Source of the DNA: an uncultured Gemmatimonadales bacterium
GTDB lineage: Bacteria; Gemmatimonadota; Gemmatimonadetes; Gemmatimonadales; Gemmatimonadaceae
Direction: 5' to 3'
DNA: 64,000 bases
Assembly: GCA_963707505.1 (NCBI GenBank)
Contig: CAVPQB010000004.1
Location: 544,001 to 608,000, forward strand
A program made the translations under genes and the position numbers. Shown here piece after piece: positions 28,927 to 39,361 of this stretch; the stretch's first letter is position 1, and each line of letters begins with the position of its first letter. The notes under the pieces were generated by a model. That model worked only from the letters and a program-made list of their open reading frames with translations. It had not been told where the DNA came from and did no database searches.

Positions 28927-31900
28927 ATGGGATTGCTTTTCGATACGAGCGATGTGACTTCATGGTCAAGTCGAATCGCCAGAGGCTGGGTGATGCGGGG
29001 CTGTATCGCGTTTTGCGCGGTGGTTGCCCCGCAACTTGTTTACGGACAGGCTGGTACGATATCGGGCACAGTGGTTACAGAAGGGAGCGGAACTCCCATA
29101 TCGGGAGTGCAGGTCTCATCGGGAACCAGTGGCGCATCGACCGATGTTTCGGGACGGTTCCGGATTATGCAACTCAGTGGCGACAGTGCGACGCTGACTC
29201 TTCGGCGGATCGGATTTGCGCCGCTGACGCAGCGCGTGCGTGTAGGCGCGACGGACGTGCAGCTGCGGATGCGGGAGCGCGCAGTCGAGCTGAACAGCAT
29301 GGTGGTTACGGGAACGCCGGGTGCGGTTTCCAAGCGATCCGTTGGTGTATCTGTCGCGCAGATTCAGGCTGCGGACATCGTCAAGACAGCACCTGTTCAG
29401 GACATGCAGGGGCTGATCAATGGGCGAGCTCCGGGCGTTACGATACTCGAGAACTCCGGTGCGGTGGGATCTGGCGCGACGGTTCGAATTCGCGGCGGAT
29501 CGAGTCTATCGCTATCAAATGATCCACTCATCTATGTCGATGGCGTACGAGTCGACAATTCACAGGGCACGGGTCCTGCCAACCAGTCATTCGGCGCGAG
29601 CACGACTTCGCGGTGGAACGACATCAACCCAGACGACATACAGAGCATAGAGATTGTTCGCGGTGCAGCGGCGACAGCATTGTACGGAACCGACGCGGTG
29701 AACGGCGTCATCCAGATCATCACGAAGCGAGGCGCGCAGGGTAAGCCACGCTGGGATTTCACGACGAAGCAGGGCAAGGCGTTCTTCTCCGACGTGATCG
29801 GCCGTTTTCCGACGAATTATGCCGCATGCGACTCAGGCATGGTTGCCGCAGGGAGTGGTAATCCTTTGTGCACGGGACAGTCGGTCGGAACGATCGTGCG
29901 CCAGAACATCGCGCAGTTCCGCGCGGATTCCGGCAAGCCGCTTTTCCGTGACGGGCGTATCAACGAGAACTCGCTGGCGGTGAGCGGCGGATCGCAGACC
30001 GTGCAGTACTACCTCAGCGGGCAGGCACACAGCGATCAGGGTGTCGAGCCGACCAATTCGCAGATTCAGTATGGCGGGCGCGGAAATGTGCGGATGGTTC
30101 CGTCGAGCACACTCGACATCTCCGCAAGCGGCGGCTACGTACGGGGTACTACCAAGCTGAATTGCGAAGCTGGATGCGGCGGCCTGATGTTCTCCGGTTT
30201 CTATTCGACGCCTGCAACACTTGGGACGCCGAGTGCCGGGTTCGACAGTGGCCTTCCTGAAGCGTACTACGAGGAATACTACTTCGATCAGATCTACAAT
30301 CGCTTTACTGGCAGCATTCAGGTCTCACACACTCCGGCAAAGTGGTTCACGCAGCAGCTCACAATCGGTACCGATTACGCACACGAGCAGAACGACAACC
30401 TCGCGACGGTCCATCACGACCTGTCGTATTTCTTCGGCACAGATGCTGATTCGGGGTACAAGGCCGTCGATTTCCGTGACAACACCATCACGACGACGAG
30501 TTATCACGCGACGTTGAAGGCGCCGATCACATCCTCGTTGATGTCGAACACCACGATCGGTGGCGACATGTACCTTCGTAATGAGCGTTACGCCGGAGGG
30601 TCGGGCAGCGATTTCCCCGCTCCGGGCCTCTCGGCGCTAAGCTCGACGACGACGGCGAAGGACTCATACGAATACACGCGCGACAATAACTCGCTCGGTG
30701 TTCTCGGCCAGGAGGAGCTCGCGTGGAATGATCGTTTCTTCCTTTCAGCGGGCGTGCGGTCAGATCAGAACAGCTCGTTCGGAAAGAACTTCAAGAACGT
30801 CGTCTATCCGCACTTCAGTGCATCTTGGGTGTTGAGTGACGAACCGTTCTTCAAGGTTCCGTTCGTGTCGGCGCTCAAGTTGCGTACTGCATACGGACAG
30901 TCTGGCGAGGCGCCGCCGCTGTTCGTCAGCATTCAGTCGTACACGACCACACCTACGGGTGTAACGCCGAGCACGATCGGAAATCCGGACCTGCAGCCGG
31001 AGCGCGGGTACGAGACCGAGCTTGGCTTTGACGCAGGGTTCCTGCACGATCGTGCCGGCATAGAGCTCACATACTACACCGGCGGGACCAAGAACGAGAT
31101 ACTGCAGGTTCCAGTGGCGCCGTCGTCTGGTTTCGGGTTGAACTCGGAGTACATCAACGCGGGTCGCATTCTGCGTCACGGTCTCGAGCTATCTGTGCGC
31201 GGAACTCCGATTCAGACGACGACTGCGTCGTGGGACATCACGTGGAACATGGCGACGAATGACTCCAAGGTCGATAACCTTGGTGGCAACCAGTTCCTGC
31301 AGTCGTCCACCTACATTCAGAATCGACTCGGCTATCCGTTGTTCTCGTGGTTCGCGAGAAACGTCATAAGTTCGACGGTAGATCCAAGTACGGGTAAGGT
31401 GTCGAACATTCTATGCTCCGACGGCAAGGGTGGCACTGTGGCGTGCGCAAGTGCTCCAAACGTTTTTCTCGGACGCACGATTCCAAAGGTGGAGGGGTCA
31501 GTCAATACCTCCGTTCGCTTCCTGACGAATTTCCGGTTATCTGGGCTTCTGGACTACAAGACTGGATTCAAGAAGCTCAACGGCGACGATCGCGTTCGCT
31601 GTCAGATCTTCGGGCTCTGCCGCGCCAACTTCTATCCAGCGGAGTACTCGCCTGCGCTCGTGGGTGCGTACGCGCTCGGCACGAACGCGCCGAGTGCTGT
31701 GATTCAGGATGCGAGCTTTGCGAAGTTGCGCGAGCTATCGCTCACCTGGACGCTGCCGCAGTCGCTGGTCAGGGATCTACGCGTAGGCGGAGCTTCGTTG
31801 ACGTTGGCGGGCCGCAACCTGCATACGTGGACCAAGTACCCGGGGCTCGATCCTGAGGCCTCGTTCCAGGGCGGCTCGCGTGGAGCAGGACAATGGGATC

Positions 31901-31956
31901 AGGCTGTTCTGCCACAGCTCCGTCAGTACACGACCACCCTCAACCTTACCTTCTGA
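28927..31956 (+). CDS. SusC/RagA family TonB-linked outer membrane transporter
   Basis: N-terminal CarboxypepD-like domain, plug IRIRGG..PLIYVDG, DIQSIEI.RG..A.ALYG..A.NGVI.I.TK, C-terminal F. Confidence 0.92.
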   Translation: MGLLFDTSDVTSWSSRIARGWVMRGCIAFCAVVAPQLVYGQAGTISGTVVTEGSGTPISGVQVSSGTSGASTDVSGRFRIMQLSGDSATLTLRRIGFAPLTQRVRVGATDVQLRMRERAVELNSMVVTGTPGAVSKRSVGVSVAQIQAADIVKTAPVQDMQGLINGRAPGVTILENSGAVGSGATVRIRGGSSLSLSNDPLIYVDGVRVDNSQGTGPANQSFGASTTSRWNDINPDDIQSIEIVRGAAATALYGTDAVNGVIQIITKRGAQGKPRWDFTTKQGKAFFSDVIGRFPTNYAACDSGMVAAGSGNPLCTGQSVGTIVRQNIAQFRADSGKPLFRDGRINENSLAVSGGSQTVQYYLSGQAHSDQGVEPTNSQIQYGGRGNVRMVPSSTLDISASGGYVRGTTKLNCEAGCGGLMFSGFYSTPATLGTPSAGFDSGLPEAYYEEYYFDQIYNRFTGSIQVSHTPAKWFTQQLTIGTDYAHEQNDNLATVHHDLSYFFGTDADSGYKAVDFRDNTITTTSYHATLKAPITSSLMSNTTIGGDMYLRNERYAGGSGSDFPAPGLSALSSTTTAKDSYEYTRDNNSLGVLGQEELAWNDRFFLSAGVRSDQNSSFGKNFKNVVYPHFSASWVLSDEPFFKVPFVSALKLRTAYGQSGEAPPLFVSIQSYTTTPTGVTPSTIGNPDLQPERGYETELGFDAGFLHDRAGIELTYYTGGTKNEILQVPVAPSSGFGLNSEYINAGRILRHGLELSVRGTPIQTTTASWDITWNMATNDSKVDNLGGNQFLQSSTYIQNRLGYPLFSWFARNVISSTVDPSTGKVSNILCSDGKGGTVACASAPNVFLGRTIPKVEGSVNTSVRFLTNFRLSGLLDYKTGFKKLNGDDRVRCQIFGLCRANFYPAEYSPALVGAYALGTNAPSAVIQDASFAKLRELSLTWTLPQSLVRDLRVGGASLTLAGRNLHTWTKYPGLDPEASFQGGSRGAGQWDQAVLPQLRQYTTTLNLTF

Positions 31957-31958
31957 CA

Positions 31959-33272
31959 ATGACGACGATAAATATTCGCCGCTTGCGGCGGGACGCGCGA
32001 TCGATCGCGGGGTTGTTGGCAGTCGCTGTAGTATCAGCGACGTTCGTTGCCTGCAACTCGATCAATGACGCGCTGCATGTCACCGCGCCGGACAAGATCG
32101 ACGCGAAGTCCTTGCAGGATCCGGCATTCGCGACGCTGCTTGTGAACAGCACGGTTGGAGATTTCGAGTGCGGCTACGGTGCGTTCGTCGCCGTGGGCGG
32201 GCTCCTGAGTGATGAGCTTGTCGACGTATCGATCACGGCTTCGCGCTGGCCGTACGACCGGCGCGACGTGCAGACAAGCGACGGTGCATACTCGACGAAC
32301 ACGTGCGATAACTTCACGCCCGGCGTTTACACGCCGATATCCACCGCCCGTTACACGGCCGACACCGTATCTGCGCTGTTGAAGACATGGACAGATCAAC
32401 AGGTGCCGGGGCGGCAGGATCTGTTGGCGAAGGCGCTCATTTACGCCGGCTATGATCGGATCATGCTTGGCGAGCTGTTCTGCAGCGCGGCAATCGATCG
32501 CGGACCGGAGATGACGTCGCAGCAGATATTTGCGCAGGCCGAGCAAAAATTCACCGACGGACTCGCCGCGGCGCAGGCAGCGAGCGATCCTACGCTGATC
32601 TCTCTGGCGTACATGGGTCGTGCGCGAGCGCGGCTGGACCAGGCGAATCTGACTGGCGCAGATGCCGATGCCAAGCAAGTGCCGCCAGGATTCGTTTACA
32701 ATGCAACTACTGATCTCACCAACAGCATCCGAACGAATCGTGTATACGACCAGTTCAACGGGAAAGCCGCATCGGTGACACCGCAGTTCATTGGTCTGAC
32801 GGTTCCGACGGCGAGCGGAGGTACGGTGCCTGATACCCGCATCGCCGATTCTGCAACGGGAAAGAATGGGGCGGACAATCATACGCCGTTGATCGTGAGC
32901 AACAAGTATCGCACCGGCGATACGCCGATTCGGATCGGTAGCTATGAGGAAGCGCAACTGATCATTGCCGAAGCGGAAGGCGGGCAGGTCGCAGTCAACA
33001 TCATCAACAAGCTTCGGATTGCCGCCGGGCTGCCTGGCGCATTCCAGAGCACAGATGCAACGGTGATCAAGAACCAGGTGATCGCTGAACGGTCCCGCGA
33101 GCTATTCCTGCAGGGAACGCGCGCGTACGATATTCGACGGCTGGGCCTGCCGCAGGTTCCGGCCGCTGGGGTGGCGTACCTGCATGGCGGAACATACGGC
33201 ACTGAGGCGTGCCTGCCGCTGCCGGATGTCGAGCGGAATAACAACCCGAACATCAACAAAACCGGAGCCTGA
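31959..33272 (+). CDS. SusD/RagB family lipoprotein
   Basis: Lipobox VAC, ER.RELF.QG.R.YD.RR, LP..E..NNPN. Confidence 0.88.
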   Translation: MTTINIRRLRRDARSIAGLLAVAVVSATFVACNSINDALHVTAPDKIDAKSLQDPAFATLLVNSTVGDFECGYGAFVAVGGLLSDELVDVSITASRWPYDRRDVQTSDGAYSTNTCDNFTPGVYTPISTARYTADTVSALLKTWTDQQVPGRQDLLAKALIYAGYDRIMLGELFCSAAIDRGPEMTSQQIFAQAEQKFTDGLAAAQAASDPTLISLAYMGRARARLDQANLTGADADAKQVPPGFVYNATTDLTNSIRTNRVYDQFNGKAASVTPQFIGLTVPTASGGTVPDTRIADSATGKNGADNHTPLIVSNKYRTGDTPIRIGSYEEAQLIIAEAEGGQVAVNIINKLRIAAGLPGAFQSTDATVIKNQVIAERSRELFLQGTRAYDIRRLGLPQVPAAGVAYLHGGTYGTEACLPLPDVERNNNPNINKTGA

Positions 33273-33278
33273 CCTAAT

Positions 33279-33343
33279 GCCCTTTCACCGGAGAAGGGAA
33301 CGGTTCCGAGGATGGACAAAGCGTCCCTTTCTCCGGTGAAGGG
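33279..33343. repeat. Inverted pair of CCCTTTC.CCGG.GAAGGG palindromes
   Basis: 33279-33298 and 33324-33343. Confidence 0.65.
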
Positions 33344-33370
33344 TCCATAACTGATCTGGACTGGCGTACG

Positions 33371-33404
33371 AGAGCCCCGCGAATCGGCTGATTCGCGGGG
33401 CTCT
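33371..33404 (+). terminator. Perfect 15-bp hairpin after susD (terminator-like, weak U-tract)
   Basis: AGAGCCCCGCGAATC-GGCT-GATTCGCGGGGCTCT. Confidence 0.55.
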
Positions 33405-33556
33405 GGTGCATCTCGCCCGTGCGACGCATGTAACTCGGTTGCGGGGATAACGAGGCTCCCCGACCCCCGTCCACGCCCGTTACATTACGTCAGGTCCGTA
33501 CGGGGCTACGCAGTCGAAATACCTTCAATACCGATTCATCCAGGAGAATATCCGCG

Positions 33557-34309
33557 GTGAAAATTGCCGTGTGCATCAAGCGCGTCCCGGACATGGACGT
33601 TCGCTTCAAGATCGCCGCCATTGGAAACGCGGTGGACGAGGCCGGCCTCAAGTTCGACATGAACGACTTCGACTCCTGGGCAGTCGAGGCGGCTCTGCAG
33701 ATCAAGGACCGGGACGCCGCCACCGAAGTGGCCATTGTGTCGCTTGGGACCGACGCGGTTCAGGAGACGATCCGCAAGGCGCTCGCTATGGGTGCCGACC
33801 GCGGTGTCGAACTCAAGACCGACCACATTCCGTTCGACGGGCTGGCAATTGCGCGTGCGCTCGCAGCCGAGCTCAAGGACGGCGGTTATGATCTGATTCT
33901 GTTCGGTAAGCAGTCGGCGGATTCCTCCAACGGAGTCGTCGGTGCCATGGTTGGTGAGCTATTGGGGCTGCCCCTGGTTACGGCGATCTCCAAACTCGAA
34001 ATATCGGGACAGACGGGGTCTGCGAAGCGCGAGATCGAGGGTGGTCAGGAGTTCGTCGAGTTTCCACTGCCAGCAGTCTTGACGATCGATCAGGGACTGA
34101 ACACGGCGCGCTATCCGGCGCTCAAGGGGATCATGGCGGCAAAGAAGAAGCCGCTCGAAGTGAAGCCAGCGCAGCTGGGTGAGCAGACGGTCACAGTAAC
34201 GCAGATGGAGCTACCGCCGGAGCGTGCGCCTGGGCGCATCATTGGCGAAGGCGTCGCGGCCGTACCGGAGCTCGTGAGACTGCTTCAGACTGAAGCGAAG
34301 GTGCTATAA
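33557..34309 (+). CDS. etfB: Electron transfer flavoprotein beta subunit
   Basis: VCIKRVPD, ALAMGAD, GKQS.D, RYP.LKGIM.AKKK. Confidence 0.95.
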   Translation: MKIAVCIKRVPDMDVRFKIAAIGNAVDEAGLKFDMNDFDSWAVEAALQIKDRDAATEVAIVSLGTDAVQETIRKALAMGADRGVELKTDHIPFDGLAIARALAAELKDGGYDLILFGKQSADSSNGVVGAMVGELLGLPLVTAISKLEISGQTGSAKREIEGGQEFVEFPLPAVLTIDQGLNTARYPALKGIMAAKKKPLEVKPAQLGEQTVTVTQMELPPERAPGRIIGEGVAAVPELVRLLQTEAKVL

Positions 34310-34311
34310 TC

Positions 34312-35298
34312 ATGGCGAACGTATTTGCATTCGCGGAGACGCGTAACGGCGAGCTTCGCAAGATAGCCCTCGAAGCTGTAACCGCAGCTCGTTCCCTGGC
34401 TGACGCCACTGGCGGTCAGGTACATGCGTTCGTTGCTGGCGCGGCGGGTATCGAGAGCTGCGCAGCGCAACTCGCGAAGTACGGAGCGGACGAGGTCGTT
34501 GTCGCCGAGCATGCTGCTTTCGCGAAGTACAATCCAGAAGCGGTTGCAGCGATCGTCGCCGAGCGTGTGCGCACTGGCGGATATCGCGTCGTGATCTTCC
34601 CGACCTCTGCGCTCGGAAGCGATCTCGCGCCGCGTGTGGCGGCGAAGCTCGGCGCGGGACTCGTAACCGATGTTACGGGGATAAAGCTGGAGGGCGACGC
34701 GGTAATCGTGAAGCATCCGGTGAACATCGGCAAGGTGCTCGCGACGGTGAAGATTGCATCCAATCCCGCACTGGTGGCGATACGCGCGAACATGTTCACT
34801 CCAGTGGAGAATCCGCGCGCCGGAACGGTTCAGCATGTGGCACCGGTCGGTGATCCGGGTGCGTCGCGTGTGGTGGTGAAGGAAGTGAAGCTCGGTGGTG
34901 GCACCAAGCTGGATCTTGGCGAGGCGCCGGTGATCGTCAGCGGTGGCCGTGGACTCAAGGGGCCGGAGAATTTCCACCTGGTGGAAGAGCTTGCAGCCGC
35001 TTTTGGTAACGCTGCGGTCGGTGCGACGCGTGTCGTGACGGACGAGGGTTGGCGTCCACACAGCGATCAGATCGGGCAGACGGGGAGACTGGTAAGTCCG
35101 CAGCTGTACGTCGCGGTCGGAATATCGGGCGCTATCCAGCATCTTGCGGGAATGCGCACATCCAGGACGATCGTCGCGATCAACAAGGACAAGGAAGCAC
35201 CGATCTTCAAGATCGCCGATTACGGAATCGTCGGTGATCTCTTCGAGATCGTTCCCGCACTCACAGCCGCGGTCAGGGAGGCCAAGGCCCGCGGGTGA
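34312..35298 (+). CDS. etfA: Electron transfer flavoprotein alpha subunit
   Basis: [26 protein letters not shown]. Confidence 0.95.
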   Translation: MANVFAFAETRNGELRKIALEAVTAARSLADATGGQVHAFVAGAAGIESCAAQLAKYGADEVVVAEHAAFAKYNPEAVAAIVAERVRTGGYRVVIFPTSALGSDLAPRVAAKLGAGLVTDVTGIKLEGDAVIVKHPVNIGKVLATVKIASNPALVAIRANMFTPVENPRAGTVQHVAPVGDPGASRVVVKEVKLGGGTKLDLGEAPVIVSGGRGLKGPENFHLVEELAAAFGNAAVGATRVVTDEGWRPHSDQIGQTGRLVSPQLYVAVGISGAIQHLAGMRTSRTIVAINKDKEAPIFKIADYGIVGDLFEIVPALTAAVREAKARG

Positions 35299-35335
35299 GC
35301 TGTAACAAGCCGCACGCACTGAGGAGGCTCGCGCG

Positions 35336-37409
35336 ATGAGCATTGGACACGGCGTATTCATATTCGTGGTGGTGCTCGCGCTGGCGTTCTTTTCGTACAA
35401 CGCGCAGCGCCTCGTGCGGTACATGCGCACGGTCGGCGGCCCGGATGACCGTAGCGACAATCCTGTCACAAGAATCCGTAATCTCATCCTGATCGGTTTC
35501 GGGCAGACAAAGATCCTGCGCGATCCAGTCGCGGGCGCGCTGCACGCGTCGGTGTTCTGGGGCTTCGTGCGTGCTGACGATCGGCACCGCCGAGATAATA
35601 ATCAGCGGCCTGTTTCCCGGCTTCAGCTACGCGACGATCCTGCCCGCACCTCTCTACGCGCTGTACACACTGTCGCAGGAATTGTTTGCGCTGCTCGTGC
35701 TCGCGGCCGTTGCCGTGCTGCTGTATCGGCGCATAGTCGTCAAGCCGGCGCGGCTTCAGGGTGACAGGGTTCACTCGGGCGACGCGATCCTGATTCTATC
35801 CATGATCGGCGCGCTGATGGTGAGTCTGCTGTCGCTGGGTGCGTTCGAATTCGCGATGCATCCGGGCAGCGGCACGATCTTTCAACCGATCTCGCTTGCA
35901 CTGTCCCACGGACTGACCGGTCTGCCGATGTGGGGCCTGGAAGCCGGTCGCGCGACCAGCTGGTGGTTCCATGCGTTACTGATTCTGATCTTCCTGAATT
36001 ACCTGCCGTACTCCAAGCATCTTCACGTTCTCACATCGCTGCCTAACACCTACCTGTCCAATACGAGTGGACCCGGGGTGAAGGGAGCGATGAGCTACAT
36101 GGATCTGGAAGCTGAAGGTGTCGAGCAGTTCGGAGCATCGGACGTGACGCAGCTTGGATGGAAGAATCTGCTGGACAGCTATTCGTGTACGGAGTGTGGA
36201 CGCTGCACGGCTGCGTGTCCGGCGAACATCACGGGTAAGCTGTTGAGCCCGCGCAAGATCATGATCAACACGCGCCAGCGCCTGATGGAGCTTGCGCCGC
36301 TCGCGACGGGTGATTTTGGCGAATTCGAGCATCCGCATCTCGCCGCTGGAGAGGGCGGAGATGCAGGAGATACGACCGTCGCGGCCGCTCTGCAGAATAC
36401 GCTGCTGGACAACTACATCACGGAAGAGGAGCTGTGGGCGTGCACCAGCTGCCGTGCGTGCGTGCAGGAGTGCCCGGTATCGATCGATCAGCTCGACATC
36501 ATCAACGAGCTTCGGCGGAACCTGGTGTTGATGGAATCGCGTTTTCCGCCGGAAATCCAGCCGGCGTTCGAGTCACTGGAGCGCAACGGATCGCCATGGG
36601 CGTTCAATCCGGGCGACAGAGGCAAGTGGGCGGAAGGAATGGATATTCCGACCATGGCGGAAATGATAGAGCGCGGCGAGCGTCCGGAAGTGTTGTTCTG
36701 GGTCGGATGCATGGGGTCGTTCGACGATCGTGCGAAGAAGATCGCGGTTGCATTTGCGCGAGTGCTTCAGGCGGCACACGTGCGCTTCGCGATTCTCGGT
36801 CAGGAAGAGAAGTGCAACGGTGATCCGGCGCGCCGCATGGGTAACGAATATCTGTACCAGATGCTGGCGCGTGACAACATCGAAACACTGGACCGCTACG
36901 GCGTCGAGACGATCGTTACGAACTGTCCTCACTGCTTCCATCAGATCGGCAACGAGTATCCACAGCTTGGTGGCAATTATGAAGTCATCCACCACTCGAC
37001 GTACATCGAGAAGCTGCTGGAGGAGAATCGTCTTCCGCTCAACGGCGAGGGCAAGCAGCTAACCGTTGCATATCACGATTCCTGCTACCTCGGCCGCTAC
37101 AACGACGTGTACGAGGCACCGCGAGAAACGCTGCGACGGTCGCTGCCGATGATGACACTTGTGGAGCCGCCGCGCACGCGTAGCAAGGGACTTTGCTGCG
37201 GAGCAGGTGGTGGACGTATGTGGATGGAAGAGACCGTCGGAAAGCGCATCAACGCCGAGCGCACAGAAGAACTTCTCGCGACCGGTGCAGACGTGCTCGC
37301 GGTGGCGTGTCCCTTCTGCATGACCATGATCGGCGATGGCGTGAAGGGCCAGAATTCCGACGTCCCGGTGTACGACATCTCCGAGGTTGTTGCCCAGCAA
37401 CTGGTGTAA
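35336..37409 (+). CDS. Membrane Fe-S oxidoreductase (FadF/HdrD-like, CCG domains); +1 indel at ~35568
   Basis: TM region, CTECGRCTAACP, CTSCRACVQECP, YHDSC, CCGAGGG, ACPFC. Confidence 0.88.
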
Positions 37410-37429
37410 AACAACGCGTTACCTTCGCG

Positions 37430-38110
37430 TTACCTTCGCGTTACCTCATAGACAGTAATAGTCTGCCGCACATCGCCGGCCTGATACGGCCGTGTGGCGC
37501 TGGTCCGTATCGCAAGTCCGAGCTCCATGCAGGCGTCGGCAAACGCATTCGCGGCTACGCGGCCAGGGTCGGCCAGGTAGGCGACGCCACGCGCGGCCAA
37601 CAACCGGTCGACCACACTCGCGACGAGTGGTGCGTAGCGCGATTCGTAAAGCACGTCGGAAGCGAGCACGAAATCGAAGCGCGCGACGTGGGGCGGCACA
37701 TCGCGCCAGTCAATGAGAGCCGTATCGATCTCCCGGCCAAGATTGCGAAACGCATTCGCGCGCGCGAATGCCAGCGCGTCGTCGTAATAATCGCTCGCGG
37801 TGATTTCGTGGCCGGCGATCGCCGCGGCGATGCTCACAAGTCCGACGCCTGCGCCAATCTCGATGGCGCGGCCACGTAGTCTCTTGTCAGCGACGATGAA
37901 ATTGGCCAGGATGGTAGATGATGGCCACAGCTCGGCCCAGTACGGCAGTCGCTCATCCCGATCGAAATCGCTCTCGCTGATGAGGTCCTCCGCACTGCGC
38001 GGCCGCAGGATGTTGATGTCCGTGCCGCCTACCCGGACGTCGTCGTTGACGGTCACGAAGCGCCGCTCGAGATCGGCGACGAGCTCGGCCCCGGCCAGCA
38101 GGTGGGTCAC
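37430..38110 (-). CDS. Class I SAM methyltransferase (lysine MTase/METTL21-like)
   Basis: PYWAELWPS, EIGAGVG, ASDVLY; GTG start overlaps moeA stop. Confidence 0.8.
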   Translation of the reverse strand: MTHLLAGAELVADLERRFVTVNDDVRVGGTDINILRPRSAEDLISESDFDRDERLPYWAELWPSSTILANFIVADKRLRGRAIEIGAGVGLVSIAAAIAGHEITASDYYDDALAFARANAFRNLGREIDTALIDWRDVPPHVARFDFVLASDVLYESRYAPLVASVVDRLLAARGVAYLADPGRVAANAFADACMELGLAIRTSATRPYQAGDVRQTITVYEVTRR

Positions 38111-39354
38111 GCGGGAAAAATTGCGGACCGAAACACCGAACCGCGCAGCGGCATGGCGCGGAATTGCTCGCCTGGGTGACACTCGCGCTGACCCTCCGGA
38201 ACTATCAACAGCGCGTTGGCGCGCAGCATCGAAGTCAACGCTCCGGAGCTCTGTGTACCCGTGAGCCGCGCGTGATCCACACCGTCGCACTGGGTTACGA
38301 CTACGCGCAGATAGTGTGTCAGGTCGGCGGTGAGTGAGATGGGCTCATCGAGTGTCACCATCCGCGTTGCTGGAAAGATCAACGTCTCGCCAAGCATCTT
38401 GAGAATCGCCGGCCGCACGAAAAGCTCGAACGTAACCATTGCAGACACGGGATTCCCAGGCAGCCCGATCCAGGGACGGCCATCGATGATACCGAAGACT
38501 ACAGGGCCACCCGGCCGGATGCGTGCGCGCCAGAACTTGATATCGACACCCATATCCTTCATGACGGTGCGTGTGAAGTCATGATCACCGACGGAAACGC
38601 CGCCACTAGTGATCAACAGATCGCACGCCATTGCGCCCTCGATCGCGTTGCGCAATGCAAGCGGATCATCGCGCGTGATGCCGCCATCGCGGGGTCTGCC
38701 GCCGGATTCGCGCACCATGGCGGGAAGGGAATAGCTGTTGGATGATACAATGCGGTTGCCGCTCATCACCGCGTCGAAACCGTCGACGCGAACCAGCTCG
38801 TCGCCTGACGAAACGATCGATACTGTAGGCTGGCGATACGTCGCAACAGTCGCGATGCCGGAGGACGCGAGGACGCCAATCGCAGCGGGGCTCACATATT
38901 CGCCCGCGGCGAGAATCACATCTCCCTTGAGGAAATCCTCGCCGAGTGGACGCACGTTGCGTCCCGCATCGCGCGAATTGCGAATCTCGACGAGCTCCGA
39001 TCCCGCATCGGTGTCTTCGACGCGCACAACGGTGTCGGCGCCCGGCGGAACGGGGGCACCGGTCATGATCTTGACGGCCTCGCCACTCCTGATTGACGCG
39101 TGCGACTCATTGCCAGCGGCAACCTCACCGATGACGCGCAACGTGCACGGTACGCGGGTGATGTCGCTCGCCATCACAGCATATCCGTCCATCGACGACG
39201 CGCGCCAGGGAGGAATGCTGGCGCGTGCGGCGACGGGTTCGGCGAGCACGGCGCCGAGCGCGGATGAGAGCGGAACGCCCTCGACCGGCATACGCTCGAC
39301 GGACGCCAGAATCTCTTCCGATGCCTCGGCGGCGCTGACTGCTCCCCGGCTCAA
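38107..39354 (-). CDS. moeA: Molybdopterin molybdotransferase
   Basis: SMDGYA, IMTGA.VP, SGDEL, SGGVSVG, GLPGNP. Confidence 0.95.
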   Translation of the reverse strand: MSRGAVSAAEASEEILASVERMPVEGVPLSSALGAVLAEPVAARASIPPWRASSMDGYAVMASDITRVPCTLRVIGEVAAGNESHASIRSGEAVKIMTGAPVPPGADTVVRVEDTDAGSELVEIRNSRDAGRNVRPLGEDFLKGDVILAAGEYVSPAAIGVLASSGIATVATYRQPTVSIVSSGDELVRVDGFDAVMSGNRIVSSNSYSLPAMVRESGGRPRDGGITRDDPLALRNAIEGAMACDLLITSGGVSVGDHDFTRTVMKDMGVDIKFWRARIRPGGPVVFGIIDGRPWIGLPGNPVSAMVTFELFVRPAILKMLGETLIFPATRMVTLDEPISLTADLTHYLRVVVTQCDGVDHARLTGTQSSGALTSMLRANALLIVPEGQRECHPGEQFRAMPLRGSVFRSAIFPA

Positions 39355-39361
39355 CTGGGAC

